A DNA stretch of 64,000 bases from Negaprion brevirostris (GCA_030324005.1 JARDVH010000025.1:61528424-61592423), one strand, 5' to 3'; shown: positions 13,695 to 27,180, numbered from the stretch's first letter. Numbers and translations: made by a program. The notes: a model not told the origin generated them from the letters alone.

Positions 13695-14243
13695 ATTATA
13701 AGACCATAAGGCATAGGAGCAGAATTAGGCCACTTGGCCCATCAAGTCTGTTACGCCATTCAATCATGGCTGATTTTTTTTCTCATCCCCTGATTCCCTT
13801 GTCAATCAAGAACTGATCTATTTCTGTCTTAGAGACACTCAATGACTTAGCCTCCACAGCCTTCTGCTGCAAGAAGTTCCATAGACTCACCACTCTCTGG
13901 CTGAAGAAATTCCTCCTCATCTGTTTTAAGGAAAAGTCCCTTTAGCCTGAGGTTGTAGTTTTTCCTGCTAGTGGAAATATCCTCTCCATGTCCACTCTAC
14001 TCAGCCCTCACAGTATCCTGTAAGTTTGAATAAGATCTCCCCTCATCCTTCTAAACTCCAAGTACAGACCCAGATTCCTCAACTGTTTCTCATAATAAAA
14101 GCACTTCATTCAACCTCCTCTGGACCCTTTCCAAGGCTAGCACATCCTTCCTGAGATAGGGGGGTCCAAAACTCTGAATGGGGGTCTGACCAGAGCATTA
14201 TACAGCTTCAGAAGTACATCCCTGCTCTTGTATCCTAGCCCTT
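13695..14243 (-). mobile_element. CR1 3' end
   Basis: Reverse-complement tail ataagaccataaggcataggagcagaattaggcc and ORF2 remnants. Confidence 0.8.
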
Positions 14244-14343
14244 NNNNNNNNNNNNNNNNNNNNNNNNNNNNNNNNNNNNNNNNNNNNNNNNNNNNNNNNN
14301 NNNNNNNNNNNNNNNNNNNNNNNNNNNNNNNNNNNNNNNNNNN

Positions 14344-14615
14344 ATCCTGGCACTGAGTGGCAATCTCACCTAGACCCTACAAGAATTGACCCCACTAATC
14401 CCCCTAACCTACACATCTTGGGGCACTAATTTAGCAAAGCGAATCCACCTAACCTGCACATCTTTGGAGTGAGGAAATCAGGGTACATGAGGAAACCCAC
14501 ACAGACATGGGGAGAATGTGCAAACTCCACACAGACAGTCATCCAAGCCTGGAATTGAATCCAGGTCCCTGGTGCTGTGAGGCAGCAGAGCTAACCACTG
14601 GGTCACCATGCTGCC
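14344..14615 (-). mobile_element. HE1-like V-SINE
   Basis: ggggagaatgtgcaaactccacacagacagt..ctgtgaggcagcagagctaaccact; same family as 460-750. Confidence 0.85.
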
Positions 14616-15004
14616 CTAAGGATTTCAAATTAGAGTTATATTTCCCAGCATTTAGAAGGCTAAGAGTGATACAATCGATGTTTCCAAGATATTGATGGGA
14701 AAAAGGGAGACAGAGGCATAGTGGTATTGTAGGGGAACCAGTGTTCCAAAGACACAGGAAAATGCTTTGGGAGCTCTTGTTTGGTCAATGGTGAAATTTA
14801 AACTCAATTAAAAAAGTCTGGAATAAAAGTCTAATGGTGACCATGAAATCATTGAGGTTTGAGTTGATTTGAGATTTGAGTTGATTTATTGTCACGTGTA
14901 TTTGGATACAGTGAAAAATATTGTCTCTTGCGCACTATGAAGGTAAAACATGCCATTTATGAAGCACATAAGGAAAAGAAAAAAGATAGGGTACAGAATA
15001 TAGT

Positions 15005-15360
15005 ACAAGAACAAAGAAAATTACAGCACACAAAAAAGGCCCTTCAGCCCCCCCAAGCCTGCACACACCATACTGCCAAACTGAACTAAAACCCCCTATC
15101 CTTCCAGGCTCTATATCGCCCTATTACCATCCTATTCATATATTTGTCAAGATGCCCCTTAAAAGTTACTATCGTATCTGCTTCCGTTACCTCCCGCGAC
15201 AGCAAGTTCCAGGCACTCACCACTCTTTGTTAAAAAAAAATCTCCTTTAAACCTTACCTCTCACACCTTAAACCTGTGCCCCCAAGTAATTCCCATCCTG
15301 GGAAAAAGCTTCTGACTATCCACTCTGTCCATGCCCCCCATAATCTTGTAGACTTCTCTC
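15005..15360 (-). mobile_element. CR1 3' end
   Basis: aagaacaaagaaaattacagcac..ggcccttcagccc tail in reverse orientation. Confidence 0.75.
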
Positions 15361-16249
15361 AATGCAGGATTGATTTCCTTTAAGAAGTCTGCTTGCATCA
15401 GGGGTGTTCCTGGATGCTGAGCAAATAAAGCTCAACATTTTGCACGTTGGGTAAGAACCAGGGGTTGGAAGGAAGGGGGAATCTTGCTTCACCAACATTT
15501 TAGCTGCTTATCTCTTCTTACTGCAGAGAAAGCAGAAGCTGAAACATAAAGGTAGGTCTATCACATGTCCATCACCCTATGATTCAAACATGATCATTAC
15601 TAATGTATTCCCCTTTGTACTTAATCAATTCATCTCTGGGAATCCATCTTTCAACCAAGATTCAGTTTTTGAAATGATCAAGTTTAAGGCGTATTCCCAT
15701 TGCAGCTTGATAGGTTCAGGTCCAGGAACCTTCTGTTGAATCTCCCAACTGCCTGATGTCTTTCTAATGGGGACAGAATTTATGGCTCATTCATATTCTC
15801 CCGAGATCATTACCCTTGGAGACATGGTGTCTCCATCTCAGTAGATTGATATGTGAGATACAGTAATGTAAATTGGGTAGACATCTTTAGTCATGAGCAC
15901 AAATCACATTTAGTTTTGTTTTTAAAAAGTCTCTGGATTTATAAGTTCAGTTCAATCCAACAGGTGGATTAAAATATTAGTCTATGACAATGTACAAAGT
16001 GTAATAGAAAATATTTAGAAGAGAAGTTCAACAAAGCAACGGTATAAAATATGTTGGAGATTCTCAGCAACATTCCTGAAGAGAGGAGCAGTTCAGCAAC
16101 ATGAAGACAAGGTGGTGTGGAGATGTATCATGAAAAAAAATTGTCAGCTGGACCAAACTGCCAGTTCTTACAAATCCCTGAGTTACAGTGCGCATTGAAG
16201 AACCAATATAATTACTTGGAATGTAGATATACTGTAACCCAGTGATATA

Positions 16250-16952
16250 AACATACAAATTAGGAGCAAGTGGAAGCCACTTGGCTCTTCAAGCCTCTTC
16301 CGCCATTAAGACCATGGTCTGGTCTGAACTCCAATTTCTGCCTACCCTTGATAACATTTGACTGATTCAGTTGTTAGTCAAGAAAGCATCTAACTGCCTT
16401 AAAAGTATTCAGTGACCCTTTCTCCACCATTCTCTGGGAAAGAGTTCCAAAGACTCATGACCGTCCAAGAAATTTATCCCATCTTCCTCCTGAATGCAAG
16501 ATCCTTACTTTTAAAATGTGTCCTGTAGACCTAGTCTTTCTCAAAAGGACAAACTTCCTTTCAGTAGCCACCTTGTCAAGTTCCATTCAATCACCTCTCA
16601 ACCTTCTAAATTCAAATGTATATTGGCCCAACCTGACCAACCTTTCCTCACAAGAAAACACCACTTAAACAAACCTTCTCAGAAAAGTTTCTAACACAAT
16701 TACATCCTTTCTTAAATAAGGAGGAGACCACAGCTATACATAGTACTCTCGATGTGGACTCATCAACGCCCTGTACGACTGCAGCAGAACATCTCTGCTT
16801 TTATGTTCCATTTTCGTTGGTAACGTTCCATTTGCCCTCCTGATCACTTGCTGTACATGTACATTAGCTTTTTGTGATTCATGTACCTGGACGTTCAGAT
16901 CCCTCTGCACTTCAAAATTCTTCAATTGCTTGCCATTTAAATAACATACATC
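16250..16952 (-). mobile_element. Decayed CR1 fragment
   Basis: YLNG..VQRDL.V.VHESQK..VQQVIRRANG.L on the minus strand. Confidence 0.8.
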
Positions 16953-17471
16953 NNNNNNNNNNNNNNNNNNNNNNNNNNNNNNNNNNNNNNNNNNNNNNNN
17001 NNNNNNNNNNNNNNNNNNNNNNNNNNNNNNNNNNNNNNNNNNNNNNNNNNNNNNNNNNNNNNNNNNNNNNNNNNNNNNNNNNNNNNNNNNNNNNNNNNNN
17101 NNNNNNNNNNNNNNNNNNNNNNNNNNNNNNNNNNNNNNNNNNNNNNNNNNNNNNNNNNNNNNNNNNNNNNNNNNNNNNNNNNNNNNNNNNNNNNNNNNNN
17201 NNNNNNNNNNNNNNNNNNNNNNNNNNNNNNNNNNNNNNNNNNNNNNNNNNNNNNNNNNNNNNNNNNNNNNNNNNNNNNNNNNNNNNNNNNNNNNNNNNNN
17301 NNNNNNNNNNNNNNNNNNNNNNNNNNNNNNNNNNNNNNNNNNNNNNNNNNNNNNNNNNNNNNNNNNNNNNNNNNNNNNNNNNNNNNNNNNNNNNNNNNNN
17401 NNNNNNNNNNNNNNNNNNNNNNNNNNNNNNNNNNNNNNNNNNNNNNNNNNNNNNNNNNNNNNNNNNNNNNN

Positions 17472-17544
17472 GATAAGGTACACCATGGTCAGGCCAACCA
17501 GTGAAATGAAACTGTTTAACTTCACGAATTTCATCAAAACCTCT
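17472..17544 (-). CDS. PTPRK: PTPRK WPD-loop exon, 5' part only ([24 protein letters not shown]); the 3' part is lost in an N-gap
   Basis: ttcag|AGA GGT ... CCT TAT C, then gap 16953-17471. Confidence 0.93.
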
Positions 17545-19299
17545 CTGAAAAACAAAATTCAAAATCAGGGCAATGCAATGCATTCCTTGCCAAATTTGCA
17601 CTTTACATATTTACTTACTTGTATAATCTTCAAAACATATTGAGACCTCTTGCCAGAGCCATACTCATAATCACTTAGATTCCTCTTAAATTATTTTTGT
17701 AGTAGATAATTCAGAATCTATTAACTCAGAGTTTCACATTACCTTGCATACTCTTTCACTCTGCTCATTTTCACATACAATGTCACTTCCATTCAGCATT
17801 TCTTCTTTTCTTTAGGTCATGTGTACTGAATACTTAAACCATCCAATACTCATTTTAATAACTGAATCACTAAATCACTTTCATTTCCTTCAAAAAGGCA
17901 ATGAAAATCTTATTTCTTCCAATTTTTCAAAGAAACTGTGTTCTCTTAATCTTTTCAAAGTGCAGCCTTCAGCTACTATCTATTACTTGGGATAGATTCA
18001 ACTTTCGTCCTTGGTTGTCTATCCATATTCCAGGTTTCACTGAGTCCAATGACCATAAGTAGACTCGTACAATTCGACTGCTGGAACATTCACTAAGATA
18101 AATCTTATCCTGTGTGTTAAACATACTAACTTGATGCTTTAACAAATCACTTTTCTAAAATGGACCTTATCGCTTCACTGTTTTTACTCATAGTTTTTTC
18201 GCTTACCCAGAGGGGCGAGCCGTCAGGGGCTTTCATTTCTGGTCAGAAACTCTAGGGCAGGCAAGATTATAGAGATAAGGCTGGGGAAAGGGACTAGATG
18301 GAATGCTCTTTCAGACAGCCAGTACAGACTTGATGGGTTGAATGACCTACTTTTGCTCTTTAAAAACTCTGTGATGCACTTGGATTTTAAAGATGTGAAT
18401 ACATATGTGTGGAGAATCTGATATTACTCATGTACTTCTGTACATGCCAATCATTTAAATTCTCAACACACTCAATTCTAAATTCAAGACTCAATTCTAA
18501 GTAACAGAAAGGGAAAGGTGCATTTTCTTATCAGCAGTAGTATGTTTGGTGCTACTCTGAATCTTCCTCAAATGTTGCCCGAATTCCAAATCTGCGGTCC
18601 TGCAGATACATTTTTCTCCCTATGTACCCTTTGAGGTGGAATCAAGACATTGTTTTCCAGGACTTGAAAACTATGGAACCTTTGTCTCCCTCCTATAACT
18701 TTCTTTGGGTTTTTAAAATGGAATTGCGACATCAGTTAGCTAATTTATTTCATTATGTGAAACTGTGGCATGCTATAATATGGTTCTAAACAAAAGTTTC
18801 TCCGTTATTAAAAAGATTAATTTGCATAAATGTTGGCAACAAACTTGTTTGCTATTAATATAGCAATTATTAGCTTATTTCTTTTTTGGACATTAAATAA
18901 CTTGTGCATAATGTATATTTAGCAGCTTTTGATTAAGTTGCACAGAAACATAAAAGCCAATTGGTGTTGAAAATGCACTGCTGATCACATACACATTGTT
19001 GCTAGCTATGGTGAGGCTACAGATCAGACGTAATATATTCCATGGAATAAGTAATAGTGTGAAATTTCATTTGCCAGTGTCAGCTGCTTTGTTGATCAAT
19101 TCAATTTTCAGTTCAGTGTAAAATTCCAATCAATTTAGCTGCAGATATGTCCTGTTTGTTCAGTGTAGGTAATGAAAGTGTAACATAATTTGAACGATCA
19201 GCTTTCTAGAGTTCCAGTTTTCCTAAATATTGTGAAGGAAGTATTCAATAAATGCTAAAGAGAAAAAACAATGAAGAAAATTAAGATAAATCAGCTTAC

Positions 19300-19416
19300 C
19301 CTTTCTAATGTAAATGTCCGCACTACATACTCTGCAAGTGGTTCCTCTTCCATGAAAGTAACTTTAAAATCTGCATAAACGTCAGAATCGTCTGGCCAAT
19401 ATTTGTAGCATTTTAC
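19300..19416 (-). CDS. PTPRK: PTPRK exon (117 nt): [39 protein letters not shown]
   Basis: cttaag|GTA AAA ... GAA AGG|gtaagc; KCxxYWP motif. Confidence 0.95.
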
Positions 19417-20409
19417 CTTAAGTATTAAAATAAAAATGGTCAAATGATTGACAGCTATAATGGCTATTACAGTTCTGAGTTTTGACATGATAACTTATTG
19501 CTTTGTGCTAACTTAGTTGAAAGACAAACAGTCTTTTCCAAGAAATTTCTTTGCATGTTTGAACACTCAGAATACTTTTCCAACAGATGGAAGTTTTAAA
19601 TGTTCAAATAACGACAGGAAAATCTTTGCATTCTAAACACTCAGATCAAGTTCAGGTGGGTCTATAACCAAGATATCCAAAAAATGGACCATTGAGAACA
19701 TTCAGGTTTTGCACTGTAACAGACATTCCATTGACCGCAAGACTATTTTCTACATGAAATCTCATTCCGCTTCCCTTTGAACATACGCTGCAAGTTTGCA
19801 TTAACATGAAGCCAAAACCACTTCACAAAGATGCTAAACAATTACAGTACAAACATATCCCAAAATTATTCATTTTTTTAAAATAGTGTTCAATACCAAT
19901 TGAACTATATTAGTTCAAAATATATTGTATTACAGAGTGAATTAATCATATGCAATGCAATCTTTCCTTGCAGTTGCCTCCTTCTAAAGTGAAATCCTGG
20001 TTTCCAAGAAGCCATCCAAATAGACACTAATGGAAAGAGACAGGAATTATCTTGTGACGTTTCCATGGAAAGACAGCACAAGAATAGGACAGAAATGCAG
20101 GAGCAAATAATGAAATTTGTTTGACTTTGTAGTCAAATGATATTACATAATAGAAATCCACACAAATTGTCAATAAAAATCATTATCAAAGAGGAAGAAA
20201 ATCAAAGCACANNNNNNNNNNNNNNNNNNNNNNNNNNNNNNNNNNNNNNNNNNNNNNNNNNNNNNNNNNNNNNNNNNNNNNNNNNNNNNNNNNNNNNNNN
20301 NNNNNNNNNNNAAAATCAAAGCACAAAGAGATCTACAAACAAAATGTCAGTGATCTTTCGATTTTCTGCGTCAACAAAATTAGATATATTTTGATTATTC
20401 ATTAAAACT

Positions 20410-21180
20410 CCATGTCCGATAGCAACAAGACTTGGACAACATTAAGGATTAGATAGTTAAATGGCAAGTTAGTATTCACACAAAAGTTTGACATTACCAT
20501 CGTTGCATCTCTAACAACAATCTGGGGGTTATCATCGAAATTTAACTGAACAAGTAACATGAATACTGTTGCTAGAAGAGCAGGTCAGAGACTGGAAATT
20601 CTGCAGTGAGTAACTACTCAACGTCCAATTCCCCAAAGCCTGTCCATTATTTACATGGTACAACTCAGGAGTGTGATGGAATATTGTCCACTTGATAGGA
20701 TGAGTGCAGCTCTAACAAAACTCAAGGTGTTTGACACCATCCAGGACAACAGAAACTCCCTTGAATGGCACCCCATCCACCTTTGTCAGCATTCACCCTT
20801 TTCACTTTCGATACACAATAGCAGTGATGTGTACCATTTACAAGATACACCACAGCAACTCACAGGCTTCCTTCAATAGTACCTTACATGCCATGAATTC
20901 CATCACCGAGAAAGAGTGGAAGATGGGAAGCATATGGGAACATGACCACCTACAAGTTCCACTTCATGTCACAAATCATCTGAACTTGGAAATGTATCAC
21001 ATTCCTTTATTGTCCCTTGTAAAAATCTTGGAACTCCGCCCTAATAATATTTGTGATGTCTACACCACATAGATTGGATTGGTTCAAGAGATGGCTCACC
21101 ATCCCTTCTCAAGAGAAATAAAGGATGGACAATAAACACCAGCTTTACTAGTGATGTCCACACGCCATAAATAAATTTAA
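20410..21180 (+). mobile_element. Old LINE-derived repeat (same family as 9960-11620; further pieces near 52790-53130, 35885-35985 and 63895-64000)
   Basis: tcaggagtgtgatggaatat..gagtgcagctctaacaaaactcaagg..tgacaccatccaggacaa. Confidence 0.75.
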
Positions 21181-21237
21181 GAATCAATATTTCTTCAAAC
21201 TCCAAAGCATTTATTTTTTCTATAAAATCAGACTTAC

Positions 21238-21335
21238 TCTTCCAACTTCCACCAGATTTGTCACCATGACAATACAAACTGATTGCTCTTGCCAAGCCAT
21301 TCTCCAGAAATCATACACAGTTTCATGTACTGGTC
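21238..21335 (-). CDS. PTPRK: PTPRK exon (98 nt): [32 protein letters not shown]
   Basis: tctag|GA CCA ... GGA AGA|gtaagt; DFWRM motif. Confidence 0.95.
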
Positions 21336-22194
21336 CTAGAAGATGGAGAAACCATAATATATAAATAAGTACAATAACAAAAATGATTCATAGACAGATT
21401 ATTATTACATTAACATTGTTTCATTTTTATTCAAGAATATGAGTGGCAATTTCTTGAATCTGCACTTATAATGTAGAGTTTCACCACCTGGAGTGCATGT
21501 CAAGAAATCACAGAAGTGTGTCAGTGCAAGGAAGTTCACTTCAGGATTGTGCAGTCAGAAAACTGGCACTTTCAGTGAAAGAAATTTCAAAGAAAAGCAA
21601 ATACTGGAAATTATCAGATAAAACAGAAATTTCTAGAAATTAACTGCAGGTTTACCATAATCTAGAAATCTGTACAACATGATTGATGATCGAATGCCAC
21701 CAACAATAAAGGAGAACAACCGATAGAAGTCAATGGTCATTTTTGGATTTGGATCAAAAAAACAATTAATGGGATCATTGGGCCCCAAAATGCTTTTGGG
21801 AACACTGTAATTATAATTGGTGGTTCGTATACAAAAATCCTCAAAAGTAGTCAGCATTCCTGATTTATCATTCTCCCTCTTACATTCTCCACCCCCCCCA
21901 ACTCTCTCAACCTGTCTCTCNNNNNNNNNAGTTTCCTTCCATTTCTGATATCTAAAAGAACCACCTTTCTTTTATTGTTCAGAAGCTGCTTAACTTGATG
22001 TGACTAATGTTTTCTGTGCTTGTTTAAACAAACATTCTTTCTCTATACATTGACATGAAATGTAGAACCTTGAGAAACAATATTTAACATATTGGTATCA
22101 ATAACTAGAAAATTCAATTAAGTGCATATACTTTAATGTTATGCCAATGCATCTCCTAACATTATAATCAACTTAATATATCAAAATGCTGATG

Positions 22195-22330
22195 AAGCTC
22201 TGATGAAGGATCATCTAGATTCGAAATATTGGCTTTATTCTCTGTCCACAAATGCTGTCAGACCTGAGAGATTTTCCAGAATTTTTTGTTTTTGGTTCAG
22301 ATTCCAGCATCCACAGTATTATGCTTTTAA
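22195..22330 (+). mobile_element. Penelope-like short element (family B) with a minimal hammerhead motif at 22195-22235
   Basis: AAGCT-CTGATGA-A-GGATC-atcta-GATTC-GAAA-TAT-T-GGCTT followed by ..atgctgtcagacctg..cagattccagcatc; relatives near 50845-50950 and 54498-54625. Confidence 0.65.
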
Positions 22331-22729
22331 GCTAAAATTCTACTTTGAAATTAAAATTTGGAATTGATAAAGCAAATGAAGCAAANNNNNNNNNNGTTTC
22401 AGGAACACGAAAAGCTATAGCAAGGGCATTTATCAAAATTAAGAATGTCAGACCTGAAAATACTGCTGTTGCATCAAATGCACAAAGTACTGACATGACA
22501 ATAGGAAATTGTTAAGGGGTGATATTCCTTTTTTAATGTTGCTATGTAAATACAAACTTGTTGTTGCTCGTGTGTTATGCAGAGTCCCAGTGCGAACTCC
22601 ATCCATCCTTTACGTGTCCCTAATGATATGCGACCATGATCTGACAAAAAGATTCACAACAGACCCAATTCATACTTGGGCTAGGGTCAAGCAAGGCTGT
22701 TGCACAAGATTCTTTTCGATCTTCCTTGT

Positions 22730-23800
22730 TGAAATACTCCATCTCACCCCCAGCAAGCACCTCACTGACATGGAGCTAAACTAAAGAACAAACGGGAATC
22801 TGTTCAACCTCTGCCACCTGCAAGTCAGATCCAAGGTCACGCCATCCTCTATCATTGAACTACATTGCAGATAATGTTTGCATCGATGCACACTCAGAGA
22901 TAGAACTCCAAGCCATCGACGACCATTTCACCGTGGTGGACACGAACATGGACCTTACGTTAAACAGTATGGACCAAGGTGCTCTACCAACTTGCCCCCA
23001 CCTCACAGCACTGCTTCCCAGTTAGCAAAATCCACGACGACGCCTTGGACAATGCAGACTTTTTATTATATTTCAGGAGACAACTATCAACAAGGCCAGA
23101 CATCAACAACAAGGTTCAACATCGCCTTCAGTGGGCCGGTGCAGCTTTTGGTAGCCTGGGGAAGAGTGTGTTTGAAGACCAGGACCTCAGACCCAGCACC
23201 GAGCTCATGGTCTACAGAGCAGTAGTGAAACTTGTCCTCATATATGACTCAGCAGCATAGACTATGTACAGCAGGCACCTCAAAACCCAGCAAAGTAAAA
23301 CCAATGCTGCATCTGCAGGATCCTGCAAAACCATTAGCTGGATAGGTGCACCAACGTCAGTGCTCTCACTCAGGCCAACATCTCCAGTATCTAACATTGA
23401 CCACACTCGAATAGCTATACTGGGTGGGCCACATTGTCCTCATGCCTGACATGAGGCTCCCAGTGTGTTCTGACTAGAACTTTGACATAATAAGTGAGTC
23501 CCAGGAGGACAGAGGAAATGCTTCAGGGACACCCTCAAAATCTCCTTGAAAAGTGCAACATCTCCTCTAACACTTGGGAATCCCTGGACTAGAACCATCT
23601 GAAGTGAAGGGAAAGCATCTTGGATGGAGTTGAATGCTTCAAGTTTCATCACTGAGAGCAAACTAAAGCCAAGCATCAACAGTGAAAGCAGCGCGTTGCA
23701 ACCCGGGCACCCCACCCACCTGTTCTTCCAACCACTATCTTCCCCATTTTGAGAGAGACTCTTGAAGCAAGTCATCGTCAACTCTGAGGGATTGTCCAGA
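22730..23800 (+). mobile_element. RTE-clade LINE fragment
   Basis: GNLFNL..; QHRLQWAGAAFGSLGKSVFEDQDLRPSTELMVYRAVV; GGQRKCFRDTLK remnants. Confidence 0.85.
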
Positions 23801-23984
23801 AAGATGTAAATGCAAGCAAACTGATCCTGTATTGTGTAGGATGGCCAAAGACTATGTCATCACGTACATATTTGTACTTTATCCAGGGCTTGATTCCTCC
23901 TGTTCAGTTTATTTTTAGAACTTCTAGGAGAAGTGGATTTCCTGCAGTTACCACATTATAACTTGGAACAGACAAACATACAGA

Positions 23985-26340
23985 CATACATACAAATTAG
24001 GAGTGGGGATTGGCTATTCTGCCCCTTGAACTTGCTCTGCTATTTGATAAGATCATGGCTCATCTGATCATGGTCTCAACTCGACTTTCTTATCCGCCCC
24101 CCATAACACTGACTCCCTTGTCTATCAGCTGTAAAAATATTCAATAACCTTTCCTCCATTGCTTTCTCAGGAAGGGAATCCACAAACCAATCTCCCTTGG
24201 AGAGAAAAAAAAGACATAATCTCTAACTTAAATGGGGGACCTCTCATTTATAAACTCTGTACCCTATTGTGTCCTCTGTGTTTTCTGCACAAGGGGAAAC
24301 ATTCTCTCAACAGCCACATGGTCAAGTCCTATCAGGAGCTTATATGTTTCAAGAAGATCACGTCTCATCCTTCTAAACGCCAATGGAAACAGGCCCACCC
24401 TGCTCAAACTTTCTTCAAAAGATAATCCCTTCATTCAAGGAATCAGTCAAGTAAACTTTCACTCATATTGTATCATTCCCAAATAAGGAGACCAAAACTG
24501 CCTTAAAAACTGTACACAATACTCTAGAAGTGGTCTTATCAACATCTTATACGATTGTAGCAAAACTGCTCTATTTTTATATTCTGTTGCCATGGAAATA
24601 AATGATAACATTCTATTTGCATTCCTAATTGCTTGCTGCATTTATATACTAACTTTTTGTGATTCATATTATCAAGATATCAGATCCCTCTGTACGATGT
24701 TTTACAATGTCAGTTTAAATATATTGCTTTTTCATTCTTACTGCCGAAATGAAAGAGTTTATATTTTCCCACTTTATACTTCAATTGTCAATTTTTGTCC
24801 ACTCATTTAACCTATTTAAATCTCTTTGTGAACGCTATGTTCTCCATACAATTTACTTTTCCTACCTCCCTTAATGTCATCTACAAATTTAGTAAACATA
24901 CACTTGGGCCCTTTATCAAAGTAATTAATATAGATTGTTAGTAGTTGAGGCCCTAACATTGATCCTATGGCACCCAACTGGGTACACCATACCAAACTAA
25001 AAATAACACATTTATCTTCCACCTCTGCTTCCTGTTAACGATCAAAGCACTATGCTAACATGTTACCCCTACATCATGATCTCTTATTTTGCACAGTAAT
25101 CTTTGAGGTAGCACCATACCAAATGCCTTTTGGAAATCCAAGCACACCACATCCATAAGTTCCCCTTTACACACATTACTGTTACAAAAAACCCGTATAA
25201 CTTAATCAAACATGATTTCCTTTTCGCAAACCATATGGACTGAAAGGTTTTCTAAGTGCCCTGCTCTAACATCCTAAATAATAGATTCTGACATTTTCCC
25301 TATGACAGACGTAATGACAGGCTAATTGGCCTGTAGCTTACTTCTTTGTGTTTCCTTTCTTTCTTGAATAGAGCAGTTGCATTTTCTATTGTCCCAGCTA
25401 ATGGGAATCAAGGGAATTTTAAAAGTGATGAGTCTACTATCTCTGCAGCCACTTCTTTTAGAACCCTATGGTGAAGTCCATCAAATGCAAGTGATTTATT
25501 AGCTTTTAGTTCTAATAGTTTCTCAGTACCCTTCCTCTGGCGATTGCAATTATTTTATGTTCCTCGGTGCCTGGGATGTACTGAGTCTTCTACACTGCAG
25601 ACTGACACAAAATAGCTGTTTAATGCTTCTGCCATTTCCTCATTTCCCATTAGTAATTTTCCAGACTCACTCTAGTGATTGACTGCTCACTTAAGTTGTT
25701 CTCTTCCTTTTTATATACATTTAGAAACTCCTACCATGTGTTTTCATATTTTCTCATACACTCATTTTTCCCTCATTCATTTTTTAGTCACCTTTCCTTT
25801 TTTAAAAATTCTTTCAAACCTTTGGATCTACTGATAAGCTTTGCAGAATTGTATGTTTTTTCTTTCAATTTGATACCATTACTAACTTCGTTCATCAGGT
25901 ACAGATGGTGTATTTGTTTCCTCGAGGTTTTCTTCCTCACTGGAATGTTACAAAATATCTCCTTAAGTGTCTGCCACTGCATTTCTACTGACCTATTTTT
26001 CAAGTTCACCTTAGCCAGCTGTGTCTTCATTGCCTTGCAATTTTATTTATTTAAGTTTTAAACACTACTCTTAAATGCACTCTTCCCTTCCTCTCATTGA
26101 ATGCAAAATGTTATGATTGATGTTGCCTTTACTTTGAGATAATTAATCAAACCTGCCTCATTGCACATTACCATATCTAGAATATCTGCTGTTTGGTTAG
26201 CTGTAGTACATGCTGTTGTAAGAAATTGTCCCAGAAACACAATCAACTAATTTTCCAAACTAACATTGCCAATTTGATTAATCCAATTTATACTTAGATT
26301 GAAAATACAGTGCCTTTCTGGGGATCCTCCATGATTTCTT
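23985..26340 (-). mobile_element. Long decayed CR1 ORF2 (about 2.3 kb)
   Basis: QQAIRNANRMLSFI..LIRPLLEYCVQF; GSMLGPQLLTIYIN..KFVDD; VEMQWQTLKE remnants. Confidence 0.88.
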
Positions 26341-26434
26341 CCTGCAACATTGGGTCACAGAAACTGCTTTAANNNNNNNNNNCATAATGTAACTAATATC
26401 TCAAAGGTAAATGAATTTAATGCAAGATGCTTAC

Positions 26435-26471
26435 CTTGTGTTGCTATATAATGACTCGGTCTGTGATACCC
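26435..26471 (-). CDS. PTPRK: PTPRK exon (37 nt): GYHRPSHYIATQ(G)
   Basis: ttgtag|GGG TAT ... CAA G|gtaagc; YIATQG motif. Confidence 0.95.
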
Positions 26472-26758
26472 CTACAAATGAGAAAAGGTTCATAAATCTA
26501 CATGATCTGAAAAGAGGATTGGTCTGCTCTCCACCAATCCAATTGGGAGATATGTACAACATGAAAGTCCTCCATTTACATTGTGAGTATGTGCTGACAG
26601 TAAGTTTACATCCCTACGTAAAGCACCAATATGTTAAAGGTCAGTCAGCTGAATTGAATTGCAACAATTTCCACCAAGTGGAATAAAGACCAAAGCCACT
26701 TAAGAACGAGGATTTGAACCATTTACCCAAATTGAACATGAAGAAAGTTGCAAAGCAA

Positions 26759-26896
26759 GGGCTGGAATTCTCTGGCCAATTATACCACGCCATCGCTGCA
26801 AGCGAGAACAGAAAATTTGACGCTCAGCCAAATCCCCATTCACCGCAGTGGGACCATAGAATCCCGCCAGCATGAATGGCTGGTGAATTCTGGTCA
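26759..26896. mobile_element. Short MITE-like element with imperfect terminal inverted repeats
   Basis: ggctggaattctctggcca ... tggctggtgaattctggtc; a related element is at 50404-50530. Confidence 0.5.
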
Positions 26897-27180
26897 AGTT
26901 ATTTTGATCAAAGAATTGATTACAATGATCGCGCTGCAAGATGATAGACAAGACCACGCATTTTCTTGCTTGACTTTCCAAAATATGACAGGTAAACAGC
27001 ATTTCAGTGACCTTACATAGTATGGTACTTGTGAACATCTTTCCCATAAACTTAAGGCTTATAACAGAAACAGAAATGATAGACTAAATGACGGTATATT
27101 ATATTGCAATAGTGTATGCGATATGACTTACCAGAAGTAACCCTTTTATTTCATTAAAAAAACAATTGATTAAAACATAC

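Noticed and set aside
16734-17601. Long ORFs of 200-273 aa in the ORF track (also 39699-40127 and 48197-48838)
   Set aside because: They are open only because they cross N-runs.
19417-21237. PTPRT-type extra exon between VGR and VKC
   Set aside because: No convincing acceptor/donor pair seen; the intron is mostly repeat-derived and contains a gap.
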